A stretch of 64,000 bases of DNA from the human T2T-CHM13v2.0 reference genome, Homo sapiens. The notes beneath the pieces were generated by a model. The model ran no database searches and was not told the origin of the DNA. It saw only the letters and a list, made by a program, of their open reading frames with translations. Made by a program: the position numbers and the translations under genes. The DNA is taken from assembly GCF_009914755.1 (NCBI RefSeq), contig NC_060935.1, one strand, 5' to 3'. Each line of letters begins with the position of its first letter. Within the stretch, counting starts at the first letter, position 1. Of the stretch, positions 31,813 through 44,622 are shown one piece after another.

Positions 31813-32921
31813 AGAAGTAAGAGTCTACTCATGAAATCAAAGATTACTGAGTGACAATCCCAGAATTGCAGAATATTCATTATGGGTACCACAGAAACTA
31901 TTGCGTTTCATTCCACGAGTTTACATATTTGAAGAGTGGAGGTCATAATGTTTAAATGATTTGACTATGGCAGAACCAGGTTGGGTACCAGCACTCATGT
32001 ACTCATGTCCCCAGGTGAATTCTCTTTACATGCACGAGTCAAGCATGCTTCTGTTGAATGAATGACCATTGTACTAGGAAGATCTATAGGACCTTGCTCA
32101 ATGTCACAATATCCCTATTTCTAAAATGTAACTTTTTTGTGTGCTGCATCAAAGGGTTCTGTATTAGTGAAGGGAACTAAAATATATTAAAAATATAGGC
32201 TGTGTGACCTACAATTAAAGGGGGAAACTTGATGTATTTATGTAAAGATGGGAAGCCATCCTCAGATTTCTTACCCTCAGCTTAAGTACTTGGACTTCTG
32301 GAGTAAAGAAGCATTTGATTATGTAAAACTTTGCTACCCTAGAGTGTGTTCCATGTATTAACAGCAGCATCTGCCCTGAAGGATTGGTTAGAAAGAATAG
32401 CAGTGGCCTACGTTGTTATTCTATTTGTAGTTGGAACTTATATTAAATATTTAGGAAATATATATTGCTTGAATTAAGAAAAACTTGGTTTACTCCTTTT
32501 TCCTAAGATCTTCATAAAGCTCAGAGAAGACAATATGCCAAAGTCAACTTAGAGAGAAGGCTACTGTTTGTCCTCACAAGACTGTCTTTAGAAGTAAATA
32601 CATTTCTGGTATAAGAAGGGGGCTGCTTGCACTGTTACATGCTAGCTTTAGTATCTCTATTAATAAGCCAATTAGGAAAGAATCTTATGCCTGCTAATTA
32701 AGGAGCACAGATGATCCATCTTCAATAAAGTTTATAAACTCACTATTCTAAATGACCAGTCCCCTTAAATTGGGTCAGCAAAACATTCTTTGCTGGATGA
32801 AGAAGGTCAAGATGCCAGCAGTGTTTCTACGTTTTGAAGCTCATCAGTGAACTAGGAAAATAGCTGGATTAACAGATTCTGAAAAATTAAAATAACATAT
32901 GTACCACCCATAGAGATATAA

Positions 32922-33235
<314 letters not shown>

Positions 33236-34244
33236 TCTTTTCCTTCTTAAACCCTGAGATTAATTCCTAGAAGATACTATGGCCATTTGTCTAAATGATG
33301 TATTTGGGATTTATGGGGTTAAAAATGACTGTCCATTACATAAAATTCAGTGAAGAGTTTCCCTGAGGAAATAGAACACATACTCACCAAAGATGAAGAC
33401 AAGGGATACATTATTTTGGAAAATACTTTACCCATCCACTACTGCTGAAATTCACACTAAGATGGTATCTAAAGTGGCTTCCAACATTATCTATTTTCCT
33501 TGCATTCTCAAACTCTTTGTCCCACCATGAGCTATTGGCTAAAAATCAAAACAATGTGAGCTCCTAGACGCTACAGCCATTCTAAAAGCACATAAGGCAT
33601 TATTTAAACTCTAGTAGATAAAACCTCATTACTAAAGTCAGTAGAAATTCAATCCTAGTAAGGTTACTTTGTCTTCAGAAGCAGGGTATCCCAAACACTA
33701 GCTTGCTCTTGGGAATCATGGATGTGTAAACCCACTCAGGTTTATCCCATTGAAAAGGAGAGGATCTTATTGTTTTGTAGAAAAAGATAACATGATTTTT
33801 TTTAAAAAAAGAAGCTTTATAAATGTATAAACAGTATAAGTAGGTCCTCATCTGTGTCAAGTGGCTACAGATGTTTAATATACAAACTCATCCAACACAG
33901 ATACAGGTAACAAGTATGCTTAATGTTAAACTCATAATAAATGTCACAAAGTAATGACAGCATCTTCTAAAGCAAGGCATAGTCCCTTCTAAAGAATGAA
34001 AGAATGAGCTAAGAAATAAAGACGGCACAGCAGCCTTTGAGTCTTGCTCCTAGTTCTGCTGCAGAGTATCAGGGTGGTTTCAAAGTAACATCGAACCTTC
34101 AGCCGTGCTTCTTTATGACATGGGGCTAGTTATTCTTGACCTCTTAGTAACATGACAATCACTGGTGGTAATTCACCATAAAAATATTTGAGCATAGAAT
34201 CAAAATCCTGACACAGGGAATTTCATCTTTTCTTTGAGGTAGCT

Positions 34245-34266
34245 GAGAGAGAGAGAGAGAGAGAGA
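34245..34266. repeat. (GA)11
   Basis: Direct reading. Confidence 0.9.
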
Positions 34267-34849
34267 AACTATAACTACAGACTGCATAACCATTTCCTTT
34301 GACATATTTTGTACATTAAACTACCAGAAAATAATAAAATGGACTAAATACCTCATTATGTACCTTCTGACTACCCATCTGTATTTTCTACTGAAAAGTA
34401 TCCAGACATGGAACAACTAACTCCTTCCTAATTGACAGATCTGGATTTGAGTGCTGGTTTGGCTGCTCATATGCTCTTTGTAGATTGTGGGATTTCCATC
34501 TAAGACAGGTAAAATGTCTGTTGTTCATGACATTGGTTATCACTATGAAATGACCAAGTTTATGCTTTGAGATAATCAATCTCTACATTATTACTATTCC
34601 AGTCTTTTGGTATTTTTCCATAGAAGTTTTCATAGAGGTTGGCTAGAGCATATCTCAATAAGAGGGATATAAAATTGCATTCAAAGACCAGCTTAGCCTA
34701 AAACCCAAAATGTGAATTCCAAAACATGGCTCTTTATCTTGGAAACTTCCTTGAGTGGAGAGTACAAAATTCTTTTAATTTGATGATATCTAAGAAAGTG
34801 CAATACAGTTGCAAAAAAACAGCCCCAATTTGTAATGCCTTCCTGAGTT

Positions 34850-35315
34850 CATGTCCTTTGCCATGAAACTTTGTAGTAGTGGCCACTCTGCCTTCAGGAT
34901 TGGCCATGTGGCTTCCTTTGACCAATGAGATATTAGCAAATACAAAGCAGGCAGAAGCTTGTAAGATCCTTAAGTCACTTGGCTTGTCCTTGTTCTTATT
35001 CCTCTGCCTTTACCATAAGAATGTGCTAGAACTAATCTGTTGTCAGATGTGACACATAGCACAGAAATTAGCTGCCCCCATCAATCTAGTGACCCCATCT
35101 TAGAGCTGACAGCCAGAAGAAATGAGCCCAGGCAAGACCAGAAAACCTGTGTAAATCACAGATACACAGACTCATGAGCTAAATATGCATTTATTGTATG
35201 CCACTGAGGCTTTGTAGTGTTTATTATGCAGCATTTTTTTGTGACAATGCTGCATTTTTTGTGACAATTTGGTGTTTATTATGCAGCATTTTTGTGACAA
35301 TGGACAACTGATATA
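34850..35315 (+). mobile_element. MLT1 (G/H-like) MaLR LTR with duplicated 3' end
   Basis: ggccatgtggcttcctttgaccaatgaga...gccactgagg...ttatgcagcatt...aactgatata. Confidence 0.65.
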
Positions 35316-35522
35316 CTGAATCCCTCAAAGCCTCACATTTTTCTTAAAACAAAATCTAACCCGAGGAAACAGAATATGAAAATACAGCATGGGTACAAGG
35401 ATTAAACAAAACTTGAATTCTAAAATACCATAAAATAATCGTACCCAATCTTACCTTTCATAGGGAGAAAAGGCCTGGAGGAATCATGATCGTTCTCACC
35501 ATGTTGTTTAGTGCAAGACCCA

Positions 35523-35594
35523 AGGAAAGCTAGGAGGCTGTACAGTTATCTCCCTTGATGTAATTCTAAACTATACAACCTACTACCTCAACCT
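35523..35594 (-). ncRNA. MIRLET7A2: pre-let-7a-2 (let-7a-5p 35569-35590; 3p arm 35524-35545)
   Basis: Reverse complement reads UGAGGUAGUAGGUUGUAUAGUU, loop UAGAAUUACAUCAAGGGAGAUAA, then CUGUACAGCCUCCUAGCUUUCC. LIN28 GGAG motif at 35550-35553; CNNC (CAAC) at 35503-35506. Confidence 0.99.
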
Positions 35595-36261
35595 GGGAGC
35601 ATGCAGTCACAATGGCTGGAAAACTACCATTTCTTAAGCAGGGAAATTACAAGTTAGTCTTATAATGATTCATCGTGCTGTCACCTATTTGGGCCATTCA
35701 TAAGAGACAACATATCAAAGAGTCTGATGATAGAAGAGATAACACAAAAACCTTGGCTTGAGATTACCATGAAAACATGAAGGGAGCAAATACTTGGGAC
35801 TGGCCTTCTTGAACTATTTGTGCATGGAAATTATAGTAATGTTACATAATGGTGATTCTGAACAATTTAATGCCTTCTGATATCTGTTGACGAAATAGAA
35901 TAGTAGAACAATATTTAAACTTGGGCAATTAAAAAAAGATTAGAAAAATAAATGTTCCTCTGGTAAAACTGAAAAACTGGAATCACTAAAAGATGGATAT
36001 ATAAGAAGAAATGGCTTAAACCAAAACACAGTGAAAAGACATAGAAAACATGATTCTGAGCAAAATACAGATTAAGAAATACCGCAAAAGCTATATTGAA
36101 CATCCACCCAACAATATTTATCATGTATTTTACATAATTCTCATATTTAGAAAGTGCTCCTTTTTCCAGAGTTGACTGTTTCAGCATTTCTCATAAATCT
36201 GTCCCCAACAGTCTATTCAACAACCTACAAAATGTGCCTATTTCCCTGTTTGCACTTGTAA

Positions 36262-36507
36262 TTTTTTTTTTTTCCAAGACAGAGTCTTGCTCTGTCACTC
36301 AGGCTAGAGTGCAGTGCTGCGATCTTGGCTCACTGCAACTTCTGCCTCCCTGGTTCAAGTGATTCTTCTGCCTCAGCCTCCTGAGTAGCTGGAATTACAG
36401 GAGTGTGTCACCATGCCCGGCTAATTTTTGTATTTTTAGTAGACACGGGGTTTCACCATGTCGGCCAGGCTGGTCTCAAACTCCTGACCTTGTGATACAC
36501 CCACCTC
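36262..36507 (-). mobile_element. AluS, 5'-truncated
   Basis: Alu consensus; TSD taatttt. Confidence 0.92.
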
Positions 36508-39500
36508 ATAATTTTAAACTGAATCTTTCTTGTATCTTCAGTCCCAGGCAGGTGCTGGAGCAGGAGATAGGCTCCTACAAGCTTAGCAACTTCTCATTTC
36601 TATGTAAACTCAAGTTTGGTCAGGTCTATATTTTCCCACAAGGACTGCTCTGTGGTCTATCAGAAGCCACCTCTCCTCATTGCTTAGCTGGACTCTGGTT
36701 TTGCCCAGTAAAGGCTGTGCTACAAAGGAGCTAGGTCAGCCTAGGCAAATAGAGATGGAGGCACATCTGAGCACACTGAGAATCTTCCTGATACTTCTAC
36801 TGCACTGATCGTGTTCAAAAGACAGATTCAAATGCCATAGCATTGATGTTTCTTCATGTTATTCCACTAGCCTGGAGAAAAGTGATTTTTTTTCCAATGT
36901 TTCCAACCCTATTTCCTTATGCTTTGATGAGGTGAAACTGCTTTTTTTGGGGGGCGGAGCGGGGGGGCTGCCTCTGTTAGATCAAGGCTACCTAGTTTGG
37001 GAGAAAGACTGGGAGGTTAGTTTTATCAAAAAAAAAAAAAACTCTCATTCATCCTTCAAGCCTCATTTGAAAGAGTTCTTCCTCTGATTATCTCACAATT
37101 TCATATATGCATTTATGCTTTAATTCTCACATCATTGCATTATAGTTTATCTGTTTGTCTCATTCGCTGGACCCCAAGCTATGTGAAAATGGGACCCCAT
37201 AATTCACCTTTGCCAATCTGGTATTATCTGCAATGGCGAGTAGATGGCACATATAGAAATTTAAAAAAAAAAAAAAACTTTGTCAAATGAAAAGAAGAAT
37301 ATATGCATAAATGGATAAATGGGAGTATAAATGAACTTACAGTTAAGGGATGATCATTTTTATTTTTATGTCCAATCCTTTGTTCTTCCACTTATGTTAG
37401 AATTTCACTCATAGTAAGATGGATTTGCTATTAAGATTCCAGAGAGGGCAAAAAATCAGAGTGGCTGAATTCAACCTGGCCGGTTTAACCTTAAATCCCA
37501 GATCTCCTATGGAAACTCAAGATGTATTTCCAAGTCTTCTGCTACTAGATGCTCACTTATGTAGAAGATTTAACACTTACTGTGACCAAAAAAGAATATA
37601 TAATTCATTTTCTTTCCTCTTAATTTGAATTTTTTCATTCACCTTGCAGTGACACTGTGCCTGACTCTGTAAGCACAATCACGATATATAACCCTTATGA
37701 ATGGGACACAAGGCAGGGGAAGGGCAGTAAGTGTTGACAAAGGAAGACACAACAAAGAGAGGATAAGATCCATGTGCTAGAGTGCTAGTCAATCAGCCAC
37801 AACATACAGTTCAGAGGGCTTTTAAATACCCAGAAATGGAAAAATTGATCTTTTTCCATGTACGTTCTTATTCTGGGGGTCAAAGATATAAAGATGCTGC
37901 TCTTAGAATACTAATGGTTTTCAATACCCTGCTCTTTTGGTTGTGAATTTCCTTGTTTATTTACACTGATTTTAGCCCATTATCATGTATTAGTGCAATT
38001 ATGGCTCATTACATAATTAGTGTAAATATTTGTAGGCATGTAATAACAACATGCAATTATGATATGGAATGATGTCATAAAAATTCTTATCGAAAAGTAC
38101 GAGTGAAAAATAAAACAAGAAGTAGTATTTATAGGTGAACAACAGTAGTATATCTTCAGGTAGAGACAATCTATTGTACTTATTAACTTAAAAAAAATCT
38201 TCCATACATTCTCTGAACACGTGTAAACAGACTCTCATGCTATCAAACACCGAGGTTTTAAGTGCTGCCAGCAGCAATCCTCCAAACGAAGTAAGGATAA
38301 ACCTCAAACAATGCTATGAGTGTCTGAGATTAGGAAACAGCAGAGACACCCCATTAGTAAACATATTCTATATTTGATTAGGCATTTGGAAGTTGGACAA
38401 ATGTTTTGATTAAAACATGGGATTCATTAAAACATGTGTCAGTATGGCTGACACGCAATTCTTCAAAGGGGCCCCTGATCAGATAATTAGTTTTTTGAAG
38501 CCAGAGTCATATCTTTGTCCTTTAGCAAAGTGCTGAACACAAAGTAAACATTCATAAAGGTTTGTTGAATGAATGAGAGAATGAAGAAATCATAATTTTT
38601 CTAGCCTTACGGCTATGCCAAATGTAAAAAGTGACTTTTTTTCCAATTCATACTTTATTAACTACCATGTTAGGTTCTAATAAATCTTTGAATATCTTTG
38701 AAGAGTCATTCACATCGACTTCTCTGTACAAATTCAGTGCTATTACAGGCAGTAGAGGCTTTAAAAATCTTAATTAGAGAGCCTAGGTGGCATTTGATGG
38801 GATTAAATACCATAGTCAACGATAAGGATCCACAGGACCTAACAAATATTGAGGAATGATTCGTAAGCACATTGGAAAACTAAGAAATCATATTAGTTTA
38901 AAATTCAAAATTAATTCTATCATACACATACCATTTTTCCCATGTAAAGAAATACATCTATTAATTTTGAAATATAAATAAGAAAACTTCTCAAGCTAAA
39001 TCTCAGCTTCTCCCTCCTCAAACTCTGATGTTGCAGGGTGAGTTGCTCAGGGTGAGTTGCTTTATCAAATGCATTTCTCGGAATAAGTTTCTTTTCCTGT
39101 TTTAAAAAAACAAATCTAAACCATGTCCTGGTATTACATCTTAAATATATTTTGATAGTGATGATTTGAGAAATTTAATAAAACTAGTTTGCTTTATACC
39201 CATTCCATTTCCTCCATGCAATAATAGCTGTTGAAATATTTCTTCCAAGCCTTTCTGGGGAAATTCTGAAATTATTTTACTTTCTGCATGATTCCTGTAG
39301 GATATTTGGTACACTCTGAGGGAGCCTCAAAGGAATAATTAATATCTACAGAACCATTCATTCATGAACATGGAAGGAGGGAAAAATACTGAATTTCATC
39401 ATGTAAAATATTTAATATCCTGTTTCTTGTGGCCAATGTCCAGGGGCTTTGGGCTTCCCATTAGAATATTTTCTAACCAGATGAATCAAAGTTTGAAGCC

Positions 39501-40290
39501 GTTTAGAAACTTTGAAAGGGCCAACTGCTCTATATAATCTTTTTTTCTTGGGATAATGTGTTTTTAAAAACCTCCTTAAAAGAAGTAATCTGGCAGTCAC
39601 CCACTGGCCATTTTGCAGTCCCAGTATTGTTCCTGTACGGGGAATACTGGGAGCTCATGGTCCCCATGGATCCATGAACTCCACCGCTAATCCCATGGTA
39701 GTACACTTAACAGCAGGTTAAAGGATGATGAGTAGAGATGTGATTTTGCCGTTATCAAACAAGTATTTATCTAGTGGAGGTACTGATTTAACTTGCTAGC
39801 AGTTTATTCATTCCAAGTTAACCACTTCAAAGAGGCATATAAAACTAACCAAGCAAATTGTTTGCTTTTTGTGTAGATAAAGGCCTTAGGCAAACAATTT
39901 ATACAACACACACCAATGAGGACAGTCTTTCACTTTGGGTTGTAATATGCCATCATTCTATAATAAAGCAATGCTTTCTTGGCAAGCAGGGGGTTGAGCA
40001 CCATAGACAACCCTCCTCAGTGCTATGCAAAGGAAATGCATGGAAACAATGTCGTCTTGGTCTAGCAATTACAGAATTCCAAATTCTACCCTTTATACAT
40101 ATGTCATCTGTATCTAGGCTGTCCTAATTCGGAAATGCAAAATCTCATTTCTATATACTGGATAAAAGAAAGAGTTTTAGTTATTCCTGAGTAGGTCTTA
40201 AGAGGAGACAGAATTTATCCACTTGAATTTCAAACTTTTCTCTAATGTTAACCCACCAACTACTTCATGTTGACTTTTTTTGTTAGAAGA

Positions 40291-40292
<2 letters not shown>

Positions 40293-40327
<35 letters not shown>
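40293..40327. repeat. (CA)17 microsatellite
   Basis: Direct reading. Confidence 0.95.
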
Positions 40328-40328
<1 letters not shown>

Positions 40329-41085
40329 CTTAAGGGAACTTCTGGCACTATGTTTTACCAAAAGGGCATGCAAAAGTTTTAGAGTCATCCAAATCTGATC
40401 AACTTTTCACCCTGGGTTCTAGTTCTGTTTACAGACTCCTCAGCTCACATTGTTGGAATGAAACAAATATAGCCAGTTTTGCTTTGATCTGTGGTCAGTT
40501 TAGCTTTTCAATCCTGGCACAATGGTGACATTTAAGAGGCAAGAGGATAAAATTATTTTCATTCCAGCGTTTTAAACAGGATAAAGACTTATAAAACAGC
40601 TCTGGCCAAATATGAATTTGGACCTAAACAGGCGATCTCTTTTTTATAAGAAGTCCTTCTTACACTGCTGGATATAAATAGAAGTATAAATAGTTAGGCA
40701 GTTAAACACATCCATTCTGATTTATCAGTCCTTATCTTCAGAAGCAAAATTATTGGGGAAATTGGGGGAGGAAGAATTGCAACAAAGGAAAACCCAAAAA
40801 CCCAAATCACGGTGAAATTGGTCCTGTAAACACATCTGCCACTTTCCAGAAAATATCATAATAACTTTGAAAACAATTAGGCTTACAGAAAACAAAACAA
40901 ACCCTTGTTTATCTCTTTACTCATCACTCAACAGTAAGTTGTTCCAATCACTCAAATTCTTGCTGCCTCACCTGTAAGCTCAGCCTTCTAATTTGACAGC
41001 AGAGACCAGTTACAAGAGATATGGGAATTGAGGGCCAGCCTATTAATTCATCATTGAAGAACCTCATTCATTTCAGGACAAAAGG

Positions 41086-41158
41086 TCTCCTTCCTCCACC
41101 TCAGCCCCCTTTTCCATTTTTATCACTCTTAAAGGAAACTAAGGGGAAGAGAAGGAGA
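41086..41158 (-). ncRNA. MIR10526: Pre-miRNA-like hairpin, probably MIR10526 (3p arm AAAAGGGGGCUGAGGUGGAG, 41094-41113)
   Basis: On the minus strand CCUUAGUUUCCUUU pairs with AAAGGGGGCUGAGG (several G-U pairs), closed by UCUCCUUC/GAAGGAGA. The name is from recollection of the mature sequence. Confidence 0.65.
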
Positions 41159-41219
41159 ATGAAATAACTCGAAGGGATATTGAATGGCATATAAGCAAAG
41201 CCCCAGGTCTGTGAGATTG

Positions 41220-41299
41220 CCTAACAGACACATACCTATAGATACAAGCTTGTGCGGACTAATACCACAAGTTCGGATCTACGGGTTTGTGGCAACAGG
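41220..41299 (-). ncRNA. MIR100: pre-miR-100 (5p 41266-41287; 3p 41231-41252)
   Basis: Reverse complement contains AACCCGUAGAUCCGAACUUGUG and CAAGCUUGUAUCUAUAGGUAUG in a hairpin. Confidence 0.99.
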
Positions 41300-42410
41300 C
41301 CTCAATATCTTCTCTCTTTTGGGGCTGTGACATGTCTGAAAATAAAATATTACAACCATTAATCCAATAAAAGAGTCTACCATTCAATTGTTTTATGCCA
41401 TAAATGGAAAGGACTTCGTCCCACTCTCACAAAAGCAAAAGTTAAGCAATATCTTCTATGTTCTCCCCAACGTGCTTCCCTTGGTTTCCACTTTTTCCAC
41501 AAATCCAGTGGACTTTAGGTAAACCTCATCATTTTACTGTTTATATATGGAAGACTCATTTATTCACTGCTGAACACATAATCTGGGCAAAGTGATACCA
41601 AAATGGCAAACCAGCAGAATAAAGAAAATTCTTTAAATTGTAGGCAGAGAGAAAGAACACATGAGAGCCCAAATGCAAGTCCATTCCTTTAAATACCTGT
41701 CATTACATTAAAAATGATGGTGAAATTTTCATTTTCCTATTTGCATTCTGGAAAACAACTAGAATAAACTTAGCAAGTACTACCAACGGATTTATAGGTA
41801 TATTTTTTTTTTTTTTGAAAACCACTCTAGAGTAGATTTTCAGGTATATTAAGATCCATCTTCGGGAAAAGTTTGCATTTTTGTTCCCACCCCCATCCCA
41901 TCCCCACACTTATTATTGATTCAAACACCAACAATGAGCAAGTTTGGGTGTACTCTGTAAAATTTGAACCATAGAAGAAATTACATAGTTGTTCCTCCTT
42001 CCCCCCGCACCCCCCGCCCCCCGCAATACTGTTTGAAAAAACAGGGATGAATCTGTTTCAGAGACCTTCTTATAAAATGATTGCATTTGTCAACATAACA
42101 TTTTTTTTCTGCAAAGCCAATGTTCTACATATAAGAAGGGAACATCCAAGACAATGGACTTTCATTAACGACGCCTTTTGTGAATTGTATTGAAGACAGG
42201 CATAATCATAAGCACTTCAGGGACATATATTATACAGCTAAATAACTCCCTGTCCTAGATGCTGGGAAACACACATGACTCCATCCCTTTACAGGACCTA
42301 AAAAGAGACCTTTTTAACTTTTGTTAGCTATAATTATGGATCCTGGCTCTCAAAATAATTATCTCATTTGCCTCAAAAAATGGACATTCACTCCTTTCTC
42401 AAGAATCTGG

Positions 42411-42745
<335 letters not shown>

Positions 42746-42940
42746 CTACCAAGGGGAACAAAAAAAGACAGAGCTGAATTGAGGAATTATTCAGAGAAAA
42801 GAGCAGGCCCTCGTGTATGCAACCTAAAAAGTTAAATAAAGAGAACAGGAAACCAACAGTACGATGAACAGAAACTGAGACATAACCATTCATAGATACT
42901 TTGTTGTTTCCCCATCTCATCACAAGTGAGCTGTGGTACA

Positions 42941-43024
42941 ATTGCTCAGAGCCTGCTGGTGCTGTGAAGGTTGGCAAAACTGAGAATCTAGTTGTAGCTC
43001 TGTGGCTTAATTTTCAGATCCAAA
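42941..43024 (+). repeat. Copy 1 of an 84-bp dispersed direct repeat
   Basis: Matches 44226-44307. Confidence 0.92.
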
Positions 43025-44225
43025 GAAATAACAATAGCAAGTGGAAGTAAGTAGTATCCAAATCAGTCACCCCCAGATGGTCTTTATTTATTTTATTTTA
43101 AAATGTTCATTTCCTTTCTAAAATAAAAGACTTTTAAATAAGCTCTGAGCTGCTTCTTTTCCTTCCGTCTCTCTGACAAAGGCATGGGGCTAGAGGTATT
43201 TGAGGATGGCCACTTTGAACCCTGTTAAATATTGCTGGAATGTGGGGGATGTAGGTGCTCCTATTATAATGGAGCAGAATAAGCCCAACGTCCCAGAGTA
43301 ATGAGAATGAATTGTTATCATCACGCTTACTAGAACGATACAATATTTGTTAGCGATAGACTAAGATCTATCAAAGTGGTACACTGAGACATTCAAATAG
43401 CACCACTTTCATAAATTTGCATGGCGCTCTTGACCTCCACAGAAAGGAGCTCAATGCTGCGTTTCAGCTGGGGGCAGCTCTCCCTTTCCTTGGCAAATAT
43501 AGAACAGAGAGAAGTTTTTCATTTCAAATGGTTTGTAGTGTTAACCTCCAAACAATCCAAAGTTTCCATTTTAGAAAATAAAAGAGCAACCAGAAGATAC
43601 CCAGGCTGCAGGAAAAAAACGAGAAGAAAATCAAATACTGACCTAGTAAAGGGATGGTTTGTTTGGGAGTAGATATTTTTCTTAAAGTATTAATTGAATA
43701 CGTCCTTTAAGAATCTTCTTTGTGTTGAGGAGGAAAATGAGGGGTTTTTTTCAGAAGAAATTTTGGCTTGCTTCATTAAGCAAGAATCCGTGGGCTCTCT
43801 TAGTAATATTAACAAGTTGAAAAATATGGGTTAATGCTGATAAGCAGTGACAAAGGCCGAGTAATGTAACTTATAAAGCAAATATATAATTTATGTTATT
43901 AAACATTTTTAGGTGGCATAAAGCCCTTCAATGACACTAAAAGGAAACTGCCTGTATCATGAAAGCTAAGATCAAATCCTACTCACTGAATATATGCATG
44001 GGAATAGTTTCATAAAGTGCCATATAATATTGCCAATCTATGACTAAAGTAAAAAAAAAAATCAATATTGTTATTATGTAATTTATATAAGCTCTATCTT
44101 CCAGGAATTCAGAACACATGGTAGGCTTTTTAGAGCCAATCCTGTAATACTTATATTTTTTCATTCAAATGCCCAAGATAGCGACAGAGTTAAGGGGCAG
44201 TGCCTGCTAGTTTCAAATGCTTATG

Positions 44226-44307
44226 ATTGCTCAGAGCCTGCTGGTGCTGTGAAGTTTGGCAAAACAGAATTTAGTTGTAGCTCTATGGCTTAATTTTCAA
44301 ATCCAAA
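44226..44307 (+). repeat. Copy 2 of the 84-bp dispersed direct repeat
   Basis: 4 substitutions and a 2-bp indel relative to copy 1. Confidence 0.92.
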
Positions 44308-44540
44308 AAACCAAGTGCTGTTCAGTAATAAATTTCTAAAAATTTTCCAAACTCCATAGAGTTGAATGTCATGCCTGCTCTACTCCTTGGCTAGGAAAAT
44401 TATAAAACTGGTTTCTTTTTTAAAAAATTAAGTTTAAAATGTAGTTATTCTTCATAATTAAATCATTCAAGCATGCCCTAAAAATTTGCAATACTTGAGG
44501 AAGCGAAAGGTTTGGGAAAATTACAGAAAAACACCATTAC

Positions 44541-44622
44541 CTGAAAAAGGTAACTTCTTATGTAAAATTTTAAACCTGCTTCCATCTTGTTAGGCTAATA
44601 TCTTCAAATCATCCACGCGCGT
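44541..44622 (-). other. Candidate 82-nt MIR100HG exon
   Basis: Acceptor tgtcttattttccag|ACGCGCGT and donor TTTTTCAG|GTAATG on the minus strand. Confidence 0.4.

Noticed and set aside
34235-34280. Plus-strand TGAGGTAG...GAGAAACTATAAC resembling a decayed let-7 hairpin
   Set aside because: The middle is a (GA)n run with no stem; most likely coincidence.
39034-39061. 14-bp tandem cagggtgagttgct x2 containing donor-like GTGAGT
   Set aside because: Simple slippage duplication on the strand opposite the host; no matching exon evident.
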